A stretch of DNA of 64,000 bases, from the NCBI RefSeq assembly GCF_009914755.1, contig NC_060940.1, one strand, 5' to 3'. The notes below the pieces were generated by a model that was not told the DNA's origin, made no database searches, and saw only the letters and a program-made list of their open reading frames with translations. The position numbers were made by a program, and so were the translations under genes. The stretch is from the human T2T-CHM13v2.0 reference genome, Homo sapiens. Positions 28,301 through 43,900 of the stretch are shown here, in pieces. Every line of letters starts with the position of its first letter. Position 1 is the stretch's first letter.

Positions 28301-31300
28301 CCATTCAATGATTCCATTCGATTCCAATCGATGGTGGTTCCATTAGAGTCCATTTAATGATTCCATTTGATTCCAGTCTCTGATGTTTACATTCGAGTCC
28401 ATACGATGATTCCACTCAATTCCATATGATGATGATTCCATTCGATTCCATTCGATGATTCCATTCTATTCTATTCAATGGTGATTCCATTCGAGTACAT
28501 TAGATGATTCCATTCGATTCCATTCAATGATGATTCTATTTGTGTCCCTTAGATGATTCCACATGATTCCATTAGATGATGATACTATTTGAGCCCATCC
28601 AATGATTCCCTTCGATTCCATTCGATGAGGATTCCATTCGATTCAATTCATTGGTGATTCTATTCAATTCAATTCTTTGATTCAATTCCATTCCATTCGA
28701 CAATGATTCCATTCGATTTCTTTCGATGATTCCACTCAATTTCACTTGACATTGATTCCATTCGATTCCATTCAATGATTCCATTTGATTCCAGTGGATG
28801 ATGATTGCCGTCGATTCCATTCGATCACTCCATTCTGTTCCATTTGATGATGATTACATTCGATTCCATTTGATGATTCCATCTGATTCTATTCGAGGAT
28901 TCCATTTGATTCCATTCGATGATGATTCCATTCGAGTCCATTCGATGGTTTCATTCGAGTACATCCAATGATTCCATTCGAGTCCATTTGATGATTCCAT
29001 TTCATTCCATTTGATTATGATTCTACTAGAGTCCATTCAATGACTCCATTCGAGTCCATTCAACAGTTCCATCCGAGTCCATTCGATGATTCCATTCGAT
29101 TCCATTTGATGATTCCATTCGAGTCCATTTAATCATTACAGTCGAGTCCATTTGGTGATTCCACTGGATTTCTTTTGATAATGATACCATTCAATTACAT
29201 TTGATGATGATCCCATTCAATTTCATTTGATGATGATTCCATTAGAGTCCATTCCCTGATTTCATTCGAGTCCCTTCATTGATTCCATCCGATTTCATTT
29301 CATGATGACTCCATTCGAGTCCATTCGATGATTCCACTCGATTCCTTTAGATGATTCCATTGGAGTCCATTTGATTGTTCCATTCGATTCCATTCGATTC
29401 CTTTCGAAGATTATTCCATTTGAGTCCATTCGATGATGATTCCATTCCATTCCATTCGATGATTCCGTTTGATTCCATTCGATGATTCCCTGCGATTCCT
29501 TTCTATGATGATTCCATTCCATTCCATTCAATGATTCCATTCGAATGTATTCCATGATGATTCCTTTCGATTCCATTCGCTGATGTTTCCGTTCAATTCC
29601 ATTCGATGATGATTCCATTCGATTCCATTCATTGAGGATTCCATTGGATTCCATTCAATGATGATTCCATTCTATTCCATTCAATGATTGCATTCAATTC
29701 CATTCAATGATTATGCCATTAGAGTAAATTCAACGATTCCATTCAATACCATTCGATGATGATTCCTTTTGAGTCCATTCAATGATTTCATTCAAGTCCA
29801 TTTGATGATTCCTTTCAATTCCATTCCATGATGATTCCATTCGAGTCCATTCGATGATTCCATTCGATTGCATTCGATGATTCCATTATATTCCATTCAA
29901 CGATGATTCCATTCGAGTCCATTCGATGATTCCATTAGAGTACATTTAATGATTGCTTTGTTTTCAATTCGAAGATGATTACATTGGATTCCATTCTATG
30001 ATTCCATTCGATTGCATTCATTGATGATTCCACCCAATTCCATTCGATGATGATTCCATTCGATTTCAATGATTCTACTCGATTCCATTCAATGATGATT
30101 CAATTCTATTCCGTTTGATGATTCCATTAGATTCCATTCTATGATGATTCCATTCGAGTCCATTCGAAGATTTCATTCGTTTACATTCCATGACGATTCC
30201 ATTCGAGTCCATTCGATGATTCCATTTGAATCCATTCGACGATGATTCCATTTGATGCTATTCGATGATTCCATTGGATTCCATTCGATGATGATTCCAT
30301 TCGACTTGATTTGATGTTTCTATTTGAGTCCATTCGGTTATTTTATTAGACTACATTCGATGATGATTCCATTCGATGCCATTCAATGATTCCATTTGAT
30401 TCCACTCAATGATGATTGCATTCGTGTCCATTCGATGATTCCATTTGGTTCCATTTGATGATGATTCCATTCGAGTCCATTCGATGATACCATTCAATTC
30501 CATTCGATGATCATTCCATTCGAATCCATTTGATGATTCCACTCAATTCCATTTGATGACTCCTTTCATTCCCATTCGATGATTCCCTTCAGTTCCAATT
30601 GGATGATCTTTCCATTTGATTCAATATGGTGACTCCATTCTATTATATTCAATGATGATTCCATTCGACTCCATTAGATGATGACTCCATTCCATTCCAT
30701 TCGATTGTGATTTCATTCGATTCCATTCGAAGATGATTCCATTCGAGTCCATTTGATGATTCCATTCGATTCCATTCAATGATGATTCCACTCAAATCCA
30801 TTGGATGATTCCATTCGTTTCCAATTGGTGATTTCATTAGATTCCATTCGAGGATGATTCTATTCGAGTCCATTCAATGATTCCATTGGATTCCGTTTGA
30901 TAATGATTCCATTAGAGTTCATTCGATGATTCCCTTCGAGTCCATTCGATTATTTCTTTTGATTCCATTTGATGATGATTCCATTCGATTCCATTCAATG
31001 ATTCCATTCCATTCCATTCGATGATGATTCCATTCGATAATGATTACATTCGAGCCCATGTGATGATTCCATTAGATTCTATTCAATGATGATTCCATTC
31101 GACCACATTCGATGATGGCATTCGAGTCCATTCGATGATTTCACTCGATTCCACTTGATGATGATTCCTTTTGAGTCCATTTGATGATTACATTCGAGTC
31201 CATGAGATGACTCCATTCGATTCCATTTCATGATGATGCAATTCGAGGCTATTCGATCATCCCATTTTAGTGCATTCGGTGATTCTCTTTTATTACATTC

Positions 31301-34300
31301 GATGAGGGCTCCATTCGAGTCCATTCAATGATTCCATTAGATTCCACTCGATGATGATTCCATTTGAGTCCATTCAAAGATTCCTTTCGAGTCCATTCGA
31401 TAATTCTATTGGATTCCACTAGGTGATGATTCCTTTCGAGTCAATTCGATGATTCCTTTCAAGTGCCTTCAATGATTCCATTCGATTCCATTCGATGACG
31501 ATTCATTTCAAGTCCATTCAATGGTTCCATTCTGTTGAATTTGATGGTTCCATTTGATTCCATTCGATGATGATTCCATTCGTGTCCATTGGATGATTCC
31601 ATTCGATTCCTTTCGAGGAAGATTCCATTCGACTCCATTCGATGATTCCGTTCGATTCCATTCCATGATGATTCCATTTGATTCCATTCCATGATTCCAT
31701 TCGATACCATTCGATGATGATTCCATTCGACTCCATTTGATGAATCCATTCAATGCTTCCATTCGAGTCCATTCGATGATTCCATTCGATTCCATTCCAT
31801 GAAGATTCCATTCGAGTACATTTGATGATTCCATTTAATTCCATAGGATGATGATTCTATTAGGGTCCGTTGACTATTCCATTCAATTCCATTCGAAGAT
31901 TCCATTCGAGTCCACTCGATGATTCTATTTGATTCCATTTGATAATTCCATTCGATTCCATTTGATGTTGATTCCATTCGAGTCCATTCGATCATTATTA
32001 CATTTGATTCTATTCGATGATTCCATTCGATTCCATTTGATGAGGATTCCATTCGAGACCATTTGATGATTCCATTCAATTCCATTGGATGATTCCAATA
32101 TTTTCCATTAGATGATGATTCCATTCGATTCCATTCAATGATGATTCCATCAGAATCCATTCGATGATGACTCCTTTTGCTTCCATTCAATGATCATTAC
32201 ATTCGGTTCCATTCGATGATGATTCCTTTGGATTCCATTCGATGATGCTTCCATTCGATTCCATTTGATGATGATTCTTTTCGATTCCATTTGATGATGA
32301 TTCCATTTGATTCCATTCGATGGTGATTCCATTTGATGATTCCATTCGATTGTATTCGATGATGATTCCACTCGATTCTATTTGATGATGACTGCATTCG
32401 ATTCCATTTGATGATTCCATTTGATTCCATTCGATGATGATTCTGATCAATTGCATTCGATGATCCATTCGATTCCATTTGATGGTTCCATTTGATTCCA
32501 TTTGATAATGATTCCTTTCGAGTCCATTCGATGATTCCATTTGCGGATATTCGATAATTCCATTTGAGTCCAACCGATGATTCCATTCGAGGCCATTCAA
32601 TCATTCTTTTTGAGTCCTTTCGATAAAGATTCCATTTTAGTCCATTCAATAATTCCACTGGAGTCCATTCGATGATTGCTTTTAATTCCATTCGATGATA
32701 TTCCATTCGAGTCCATTCGATGATTCCATTCGTTGCTATTAGATGATGATTCCATTCATGACCATTTGGTGATTCCATTCGATTTCATTCGTTGATGATT
32801 CCATTCGAGTCCATTCCATGATTCCATTCAAGTCCATTTGATGATTTCTTTGAATTCAATTCGATGATGATTCCATTCGAGTCCATTCGATGATTCCATT
32901 CAGTTCCATTCGATGATGATTCCTTTCGAGACCATATGATGATTCCATTTGATTTCATTCGATGATGATTCCATTCGATTCCATTCGATGATTCCATTCT
33001 ATTCCATTCGATGATGATTCCATTCGAGTCCATTTAATGATTCCATTGGGTTCAATTCAATGATGATTACATTGGATTCTCTTCTATGATACCATTCAAT
33101 TCCGTTCATTGACAATTTGATTCCATTCGATGATGATTCCATTTGAGTTCATTCGATGATTCTATTCGATTCTCTTCGATGGTGATTCAATTCTATTATA
33201 TTGGATGATTCCATTCGATTCCATTTGATGTTGATTCAATTCGATTCTATTCGATGATGATTCCATTGGATTTCATTTGATGATTCTATTCGATTCCATT
33301 CAATGATGATTCACTTCTCGTCCATTGGATGATTCCATTTCATTCCATTCGATGATGATTCCATTCGATTCCATTCGATGATTCCATTTGATTCCATTCG
33401 ACGGTGAGCAATTCGATTCAATTCCATGATGATTCTATTTGATTCAGTTAGATGATGTTTCCATTCGAATCCATTCCATGATTATTCCATTGGAATCCAT
33501 TCGGCGATGATTCCATATGAGTCAATTCAATGATGCTTCCATATGGGTCAGTTCGATGATAATTCCATTTGATTTCATTCGATGCTTCTATTCAATTCCA
33601 GTCGATGATGATTCCGTTGGAGTCCATACGATGACTCCATTTGATTTCATTTGATGATGATTCCATTCGATTCCATTCGATGACTCCATTCTGTTCCATT
33701 CGATGATGATTCCATTCGAGTCCATTCGATGATTCCATTCGAGTCCATTTCATGATTCCATTGGGTTCAATTCGATGATGATTACACTGGATTCCATTCT
33801 ATGATTCCATTCAATTCCATTCGTTGATGATTCGATTCCATTCAATGATGATTCCATTTGAGTTCATTCGATGATTCTATTCGATTCCGTTCGATGGTGA
33901 TTCAATTCTATTATATTGGATGATTCCATTCGATTCCATTTGATGATGATTCCATTCGATTCCATTCGATGATGATTCCATTTGATTCCATTTGATGTTG
34001 ATTCTATTCGATTCTATTCAATGATGATTCCATTCGATTTCATTTGATGATTCTATTCGATTCCTTTCGATGATTCTATTCCATTCCATTCGATGATGAT
34101 TCAATTCTCTTCCATTGGATGATTCCATTTTATTCCATTCGACGATGACTCCATTTGATTCCATTCAATGATGATTCCATTCGATTCCATTCGGTGATTC
34201 CATTTGATTCCATTCGACGGTGAGCAATTTGATTCAATTCCATAATGATTCTATTTGATTCAATTAGATGATGTTTCCATTCGAATCCATTCGGTGATGA

Positions 34301-37300
34301 TTCCATTGGTATCCATTCGACGATGATTCCATATGAGTCAATTCGATGATGATTCCATACGAGTCCGTTGGATGATAATTCCATTTGATTTCATTCATTC
34401 CTTCTATTCGATTCCACTTGATGATGATTCCATCTGAATCCATTCTCCGATTCCATTCGATTTCATTCGATGCTTCTATTTGATTTCATTCGAAGATGAT
34501 TCCTTTCAATTCCGTTCATTAATTCCATTTGATTCCATTCGATGATGATTCCATCCGATTCCATTGGATGATGATTCCATTCGAGTCCATTCGATGATTC
34601 CGTTCTAATCCATTCTATGATTCCATTCGAGTCCATTCGATGATTCCATTCGATTCCATTCAGTGATGATTCCATTTGATTCCATCTGATGATGATTTCA
34701 TTTGATTCCATTCGATGATGATTCCATTGGAGTCCATTGAATGATTCAATTCAATTCCATTCCATGTGGATTCCATTCGAATTCATTCGATTATTCCATT
34801 CAAATCCCTTCGTTGATTCCATCTGATTCCACTTGACGATGATTCCATTCAAGTCCAATCGATGATTCCATTCGGTTCCATTCAATGATTCCATTCGAGT
34901 CCATTTATGTATTATATTCGTGTCCACTTGATGACTCCATTCAATTCCATTTAATGATGATTCCATTTGATTCCATTTGATGATTCAGTTCGATTCCTTA
35001 CAATGATTCCCTACGATTCCTTTCTATGATGATTCCATTCGATTCCATTCATTGATGATTCCATTCGACTCCATTCAATGATGATTCCTTTCGATTCCAT
35101 TTGACGATGTTTCCATTTGAGTCCATTCGATGATGATTCCATTGGTATCCATTCGACGATGATTCCATATGAGTCAATTCGATGATGATTCCATACGAGT
35201 CCGTTGGATGATAATTCCATTTGATTTCATTCAATCCTTCTATTCGATTCCATTTGATGATGATTCCATCTGAATCCATTCTCCGATTCCATTCGATTTC
35301 ATTCGATGCTTCTATTTGATTTCATTCGAAGATGATTCCTTTCAATTCCATTCATTAATTCCATTTGATTCCATTCGATGATGATTCCATCCGATTCCAT
35401 TGGATGATGATTCCACTCGAGTCCATTCGATGATTCCGTTCTAATCCATTCTATGATTCCATTCGAGTCCATTCGATGATTCCATTCGATTCCATTCAGT
35501 GATGATTCCATTTGATTCCATCTGATGATGATTTCATTTGATTCCATTCGATGATGATTCCATTGGAGTCCATTGAATGATTCAATTCAATTCCATTCCA
35601 TGTGGATTCCATTCGAATTCATTCGATTATTCCATTCAAATCCCTTCGTTGATTCCATCTGATTCCACTTGACGATGATTCCATTCAAGTCCAATCGATG
35701 ATTCCATTCGGTTCCATTCAATGATTCCATTCGAGTCCATTTATGTATTATATTCGTGTCCACTTGATGACTCACTCCATTCAATTCCATTTAATGATGA
35801 TTCCATTTGATTCCATTTGATGATTCAGTTCGATTCCTTACAATGATTCCCTACGATTCCTTTCTATGATGATTCCATTCGATTCCATTCATTGATGATT
35901 CCATTCGACTCCATTCGATGATGATTCCTTTCGATTCCATTTGACGATGTTTCCATTTGAGTCCATTCGATGATGATTCAATTCAGTTCTGTTCTATTAT
36001 GAATCCATTCGATTTCATTCAATGCTTCTATTTGATTCCATTCGACGATGATTCCATCTCTTTCCCTTCGATGATTCCATTTGATTCCATTCAGTGATGA
36101 TTCCATTTGATTCCATCTGATGATGATTTCACTTGATTCATTTCAATGATGATTCCATTCAAGTCCATTCGATGATTCCATTGGAGTCCAAACGATCATT
36201 CCATTCGATTCCATTCAATGATGATTCCATTCATGTCCATTCAATGAATCCTTTCAATTCCATTCGATGATGACTCCATTCGAGTACATTCGATGATTCC
36301 ATTTGATTCCATCTGATGATGATTACATTCAATTCCATTCGAAGATGATTCCATTCAATTCCACTTGATGATGATTCCGTATGAATCCATTCGCTGATTA
36401 TTCCATTCGATTCCATTCATTGACGATTCCATTCGATTCCATTCAATGATGATTCTCTTCTATTGCATTCGATGATTCCGTTCGATTCCATTCGATGATG
36501 ATTCCATTAGATTCCATTCGATTGTTGCATTCGATTCCCTTCGATGATGATTCCTTTGAATTCCATTCGATTATGATTCCGTATGAATCCATTTGATGAT
36601 TATTCCATTGGATTCCTTTCGATGATGATTCCATTCGATTCCATTTGATGATGTTTCTCATGTATTCCATTTGATAATTCCTTTCAATTCCCTTCGATGA
36701 TGATTCTTTCGAGTCAATTCGATGATTCTATTCCATTCCCTTCGATGATGATTCCATTTCACTCCATTCGATGATTCCATTCGATTCAATTTGGTGATGA
36801 TTCAATTCGATGACATTCGATGACTCCATTCAATTTCATTTGATGATGATTACATTCGAGTCCATTTGATGATTGTATTCCTTTCCTTTTGATGATTATT
36901 CCATTCGTGTCTATTCAAAGATTCCATTCTATTCCATTCAACGATGATTCCAATTGATTCCATTCAATGATTATGGCTATCGATTCCACTCGTTGATTCC
37001 ATTTGATTCCATTCGATGATTATTCCGTTAGATTCCATTAGGAGATTCCATTCGATTTTATTCAATGATTCCAATTGATTCCATTCAATGATGATTCCAT
37101 TCGACTCCATTCAGTGATTCCATTTGAGTCCATTTGATGATTCCATTCGAGTCCATTTGGTGATTCCATTCTTTTCCATTTGATGATGATTCCATTAGGG
37201 TCCATTCAATGATTCCATTCGAGTCCATTCGTTAATGCCTTTCGAGTCCTTTTGATCACTACATTCGAGTCCATTCAATGATTCTATTCGATTCCATTCC

Positions 37301-37988
37301 ATGATGATTCCATTCGAGTTCATTCGATGATTGCATTCGAGTCCATTTGATGATTCCATAAGATTCCATTCGACAATGATTCCATTCGTGTCCATTTGAT
37401 GATTCCATTCATTTCCTATCGATGAAGATTCCATTCGAGTGTATTCGATGATTCCATTCAAATCCATTCGATGATGATTCCATTCCAGTCCATTCGATCA
37501 TTCCACTTGATTCCATTTGATGACTATTCCATTCAAATCCATTTGATGATTCCATTCGATTCCATTCGATGTTACCATTCCAGTATATACGATGATTCCA
37601 CTCGATTCCATTTGATGATTATTCCATTGGAGTCGACTTAGTGAATCCTTTAGATTCTACTCGAAGATGATTCCATTCGAGTCCATTCGATGATACCATT
37701 CAATTCCATTCGTTGATGCTTCCATTCAAGTGCATTCGATGATATCATTCGATTCCATTTGATGATAATTCCATTTGATTCCATGTGATGATTCTATTCC
37801 ATTCCATTCAATGATAATTCCATTCAATTCAGTGATTCCTCTGGACTCCATTTGATGATGATTCCATTCAATGATTCCATTCGATTCTATTCGAAAATGA
37901 TTCCATTTGAATCCATTTGATGATGATTCCATTCGATTCCATTTGATGATTCCATTCGATTCCATTCGACGATGATTCCATTCGATTC
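25329..37988 (+). repeat. 12,660-bp higher-order repeat, unit 3 (4 bp shorter)
   Basis: ORF offset 25346->38006 = 12660. Has ACTC at 34934-34937 where units 1/2 have ACTCACTC (9606-9613). Substitutions seen at 28894, 30180, 30262 and 35077. Confidence 0.96.
34295..35979 (+). repeat. 836/840-bp internal tandem duplication in HOR unit 3
   Basis: ORFs 34463/35299 at +836; the first copy lacks the extra ACTC. Confidence 0.94.
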
Positions 37989-40900
37989 CATTTGATGATT
38001 CCATTCTATTCTATTCGATGATGATTCCATTCGATTCCATTCGATGATGATTGGATTCGATTCCATTTGATGATTTCATTTGATTCAATTCGATGATGAT
38101 TTCGATCAATTCCATTCGATGATTCCATTCGATTCCATTTGATAATGATTACATCCGAGTCCATTCGATGATTCCATTTGAGCCCGTTCGATAATTCCAT
38201 TTGAGTCCAATCAATGATTCCATTCATTTCCATTCAATGATTCCATTCGAGTCCATTTGATCATTCCGGTAGGGTCCGTTCGATGTTGATTCCATTGGAG
38301 TGCCTTCGATGATTCCATTCGAGTCCATTTTAGGATTTGATTCGAGTCCTTTCGATGATTCCATTCGATTCCACTCGATGATGATTTCATTCGAGTCCAT
38401 TCGACACTTCCAATCGATTCCATTTGATGTTTCCATTCGAGTCCAATTGATGATTCCATTCAATTCCATTCGATGATGATTCCGTACGATTCCATTCTGT
38501 GATGATTCCATGTGATTGCATTCAATGATGATTCCTTTCGATTGCATTCGATTATGATTCATTTCGTGTTCATTCTATGGTTCCACAGGTTTCACATCGT
38601 GTCCATTCCATTATTCCATTCTATTCCATTTGATGATGATTCCATTCGATTCCATTCATTGGTGATTCCACTCAATTCCATTCAATGATTCCATTCCATT
38701 TCTTTCAACAATGATTCCATTAGTTTCTAATCGATGATCCACTTGATTCCATTTGACGATGATTCCATTCTTGTCCATTCGATGATTCCATTTGATTCCA
38801 TATGATGATGATTCCATTCGATTCCACACGATGATTATTCCATTCGAGTCCATTCAATGGTGATTCCATTCAATTCCATTCGATGATTCCTTTCGATTCC
38901 ATTTGATGATGATGGCATTCGATTCCTTTCAATCATTCCCTTTGATTCCACTCAAAGGTGATTTCATTCAAGTCCATTCGATAATTGCATTCGATTCCAT
39001 TCTATGATGATTCCATTCGAGTCCATTTGATGATTCCATTCAATTCAAGTCAATGATGATTCCATTCGATTCCATTCGATGATTCCATTGGATTCCATTC
39101 GATGATGATTCCATTCAAATCCATTCGATAATTCAATTCACGTCCATTCGATGATGATTCCAATCGAATCCATTCAAAGATTCCATTCAATTCCATTCGA
39201 TGATTCCCTTAGATTCCATTCGATGATTCCACTTGATTCCATTTACGATGATTCCATTCGATTCCATGTGATGATTCCATTCAATTCTATTCAATGATGT
39301 TTCCATTTGATTCCATTCGACCATGATTGCCTTTGATTCCATTCAATGATTCCATTCGGTTCCGTTTGATGATGATTCCGTTCGATTCCATTTGATGATT
39401 CCATTTGATTCCATTGGATGAGTCCATTCGATTACATTCGATGATTATTCCATTCGAGTGCATTAGATGATTCCATTCGAGTCCATTCGATGATTCCATT
39501 CGAGTCCATTCGATGATTCCATTCGATTCCATTCGATGTTGATTCTGTTCAAATCCATTCGATGATTCCACTCGATTCCATTCGATGACTCCATTTGATC
39601 CCATTCGATGATTTCCTTTGATTCCCTTTGATGATCATTCCATTTGATTCAATTCGGTGATTTCATTTGATTCCATTCAGTGATGTTTCCATTCGACTCC
39701 ATTCGATGATGATTCCATTCGACTACATTCGATTATGATTTCATTCAATTCCATTCGATAAAGATTCCCTTCGAGTCCAAACTATGATTCCATTCGATTC
39801 CATTCAACGATGATTTGATTCGTGTCCATTCGATGATTCCATTTGATTCCACTTGATGAGGATTCCATTCGAGTCCATTTGATGATTCCATTCAATTCCA
39901 TTCTCCGATGATTTCTTTTGAGCCCATTCAATGCTTCCACTCGATTACATATGATGATGACTCCATTCGATGAAACTCGATGATGATTCCATTCGCTTGC
40001 ATTCGATGATGATTCCACTTGAGTCCGTTAGAAGATTCTATTCAATTACATTCCATGACGATTCTGTTCGAGTCCATTTGATGATTCCATTACACTCCAT
40101 TCGACAATGATTCCATTCAATGTTATTCGATGATTCCATTCGATCTCATTCGATGATGATTCCATTCAAGTCCATTCGATGTTTCCATTCGAGTTCATTC
40201 TATTATTCCATTAGATTCCATTCGATGATGATTCCATTCGATTCCATTTGATGATTGCATTCTATTTCATTTGATGATGATTCCATTCGAGTCCATTCGA
40301 TGATTCCATTCGAGTCCATTTAATGAATCCATTGGTTTCAATTCTATGATGATTATATTGGATTCCATTCGTTGATGATTTCATTCGATTCCATTCAATG
40401 ATGATTCCATTCAATTCCATTCAATGATTCCATTCAATTCCATACGATGATGATTCCATTTGATTTGATTCGACAGTGAGCCATTCGATTCAATTCCATG
40501 ATGATTCTGTTTGATTCACTTGGTTGACATTTCCATTCGATTCCATTCGATGATGATTCCATTTGATTCCATTCAAAGATGATTCCATTCTAGCCCATTC
40601 AATCATTCCATTCGATTCTATTCAATGATGATTCCATTCATGTCGATTTGGTGATTCCATTTGACTTCATTTGATGATGATTCCTTTCAAGTTCATTAGA
40701 TGATTCCATTCGATTCCATTTGATGATGATCCCATTCGAGTCCATTCAGTGATTCCACTCGTTTCCATTCCATGATGATTCCATTCCATTCCATTCAATG
40801 ATTCCATTCGATTCCGTTTGATGATGATTTCATTCGAGTCCATTTGATGATTCCATTTGATTCCATTCGATGATGATTCCATTCGAGTCCATTCGATGAT

Positions 40901-43900
40901 TCTATTCGAATCCATTTGATGATTTCTTTTGATTATATTTGGTGATGATTCCATTGGAGTCCATTCAATGATTCCATTCGATTCCAATCGATGGTGGTTC
41001 CATTAGAGTCCATTTAATGATTCCATTTGATTCCAGTCTCTGATGTTTACATTCGAGTCCATACGATGATTCCACTCAATTCCATATGATGATGATTCCA
41101 TTCGATTCCATTCGATGATTCCATTCTATTCTATTCAATGGTGATTCCATTCGAGTACATTAGATGATTCCATTCGATTCCATTCAATGATGATTCTATT
41201 TGTGTCCCTTAGATGATTCCACATGATTCCATTAGATGATGATACTATTTGAGCCCATCCAATGATTCCCTTCGATTCCATTCGATGAGGATTCCATTCG
41301 ATTCAATTCATTGGTGATTCTATTCAATTCAATTCTTTGATTCAATTCCATTCCATTCGACAATGATTCCATTCGATTTCTTTCGATGATTCCACTCAAT
41401 TTCACTTGACATTGATTCCATTCGATTCCATTCAATGATTCCATTTGATTCCAGTGGATGATGATTGCCGTCGATTCCATTCGATCACTCCATTCTGTTC
41501 CATTTGATGATGATTACATTCGATTCCATTTGATGATTCCATCTGATTCTATTTGAGGATTCCATTTGATTCCATTCGATGATGATTCCATTCGAGTCCA
41601 TTCGATGGTTTCATTCGAGTACATCCAATGATTCCATTCGAGTCCATTTGATGATTCCATTTCATTCCATTTGATTATGATTCTACTAGAGTCCATTCAA
41701 TGACTCCATTCGAGTCCATTCAACAGTTCCATCCGAGTCCATTCGATGATTCCATTCGATTCCATTTGATGATTCCATTCGAGTCCATTTAATCATTACA
41801 GTCGAGTCCATTTGGTGATTCCACTGGATTTCTTTTGATAATGATACCATTCAATTACATTTGATGATGATCCCATTCAATTTCATTTGATGATGATTCC
41901 ATTAGAGTCCATTCCCTGATTTCATTCGAGTCCCTTCATTGATTCCATCCGATTTCATTTCATGATGACTCCATTCGAGTCCATTCGATGATTCCACTCG
42001 ATTCCTTTAGATGATTCCATTGGAGTCCATTTGATTGTTCCATTCGATTCCATTCGATTCCTTTCGAAGATTATTCCATTTGAGTCCATTCGATGATGAT
42101 TCCATTCCATTCCATTCGATGATTCCGTTTGATTCCATTCGATGATTCCCTGCGATTCCTTTCTATGATGATTCCATTCCATTCCATTCAATGATTCCAT
42201 TCGAATGTATTCCATGATGATTCCTTTCGATTCCATTCGCTGATGTTTCCGTTCAATTCCATTCGATGATGATTCCATTCGATTCCATTCATTGAGGATT
42301 CCATTGGATTCCATTCAATGATGATTCCATTCTATTCCATTCAATGATTGCATTCAATTCCATTCAATGATTATGCCATTAGAGTAAATTCAACGATTCC
42401 ATTCAATACCATTCGATGATGATTCCTTTTGAGTCCATTCAATGATTTCATTCAAGTCCATTTGATGATTCCTTTCAATTCCATTCCATGATGATTCCAT
42501 TCGAGTCCATTCGATGATTCCATTCGATTGCATTCGATGATTCCATTATATTCCATTCAACGATGATTCCATTCGAGTCCATTCGATGATTCCATTAGAG
42601 TACATTTAATGATTGCTTTGTTTTCAATTCGAAGATGATTACATTGGATTCCATTCTATGATTCCATTCGATTGCATTCATTGATGATTCCACCCAATTC
42701 CATTCGATGATGATTCCATTCGATTTCAATGATTCTACTCGATTCCATTCAATGATGATTCAATTCTATTCCGTTTGATGATTCCATTAGATTCCATTCT
42801 ATGATGATTCCATTCGAGTCCATTCGAAGATTTCATTCGATTACATTCCATGACGATTCCATTCGAGTCCATTCGATGATTCCATTTGAATCCATTCGAC
42901 GATGATTCCATTTGATGCTATCCGATGATTCCATTGGATTCCATTCGATGATGATTCCATTCGACTTGATTTGATGTTTCTATTTGAGTCCATTCGGTTA
43001 TTTTATTAGACTACATTCGATGATGATTCCATTCGATGCCATTCAATGATTCCATTTGATTCCACTCAATGATGATTGCATTCGTGTCCATTCGATGATT
43101 CCATTTGGTTCCATTTGATGATGATTCCATTCGAGTCCATTCGATGATACCATTCAATTCCATTCGATGATCATTCCATTCGAATCCATTTGATGATTCC
43201 ACTCAATTCCATTTGATGACTCCTTTCATTCCCATTCGATGATTCCCTTCAGTTCCAATTGGATGATCTTTCCATTTGATTCAATATGGTGACTCCATTC
43301 TATTATATTCAATGATGATTCCATTCGACTCCATTAGATGATGACTCCATTCCATTCCATTCGATTGTGATTTCATTCGATTCCATTCGAAGATGATTCC
43401 ATTCGAGTCCATTTGATGATTCCATTCGATTCCATTCAATGATGATTCCACTCAAATCCATTGGATGATTCCATTCGTTTCCAATTGGTGATTTCATTAG
43501 ATTCCATTCGAGGATGATTCTATTCGAGTCCATTCAATGATTCCATTGGATTCCGTTTGATAATGATTCCATTAGAGTTCATTCGATGATTCCCTTCGAG
43601 TCCATTCGATTATTTCTTTTGATTCCATTTGATGATGATTCCATTCGATTCCATTCAATGATTCCATTCCATTCCATTCGATGATGATTCCATTCGATAA
43701 TGATTACATTCGAGCCCATGTGATGATTCCATTAGATTCTATTCAATGATGATTCCATTCGACCACATTCGATGATGGCATTCGAGTCCATTCGATGATT
43801 TCACTCGATTCCACTTGATGATGATTCCTTTTGAGTCCATTTGATGATTACATTCGAGTCCATGAGATGACTCCATTCGATTCCATTTCATGATGATGCA

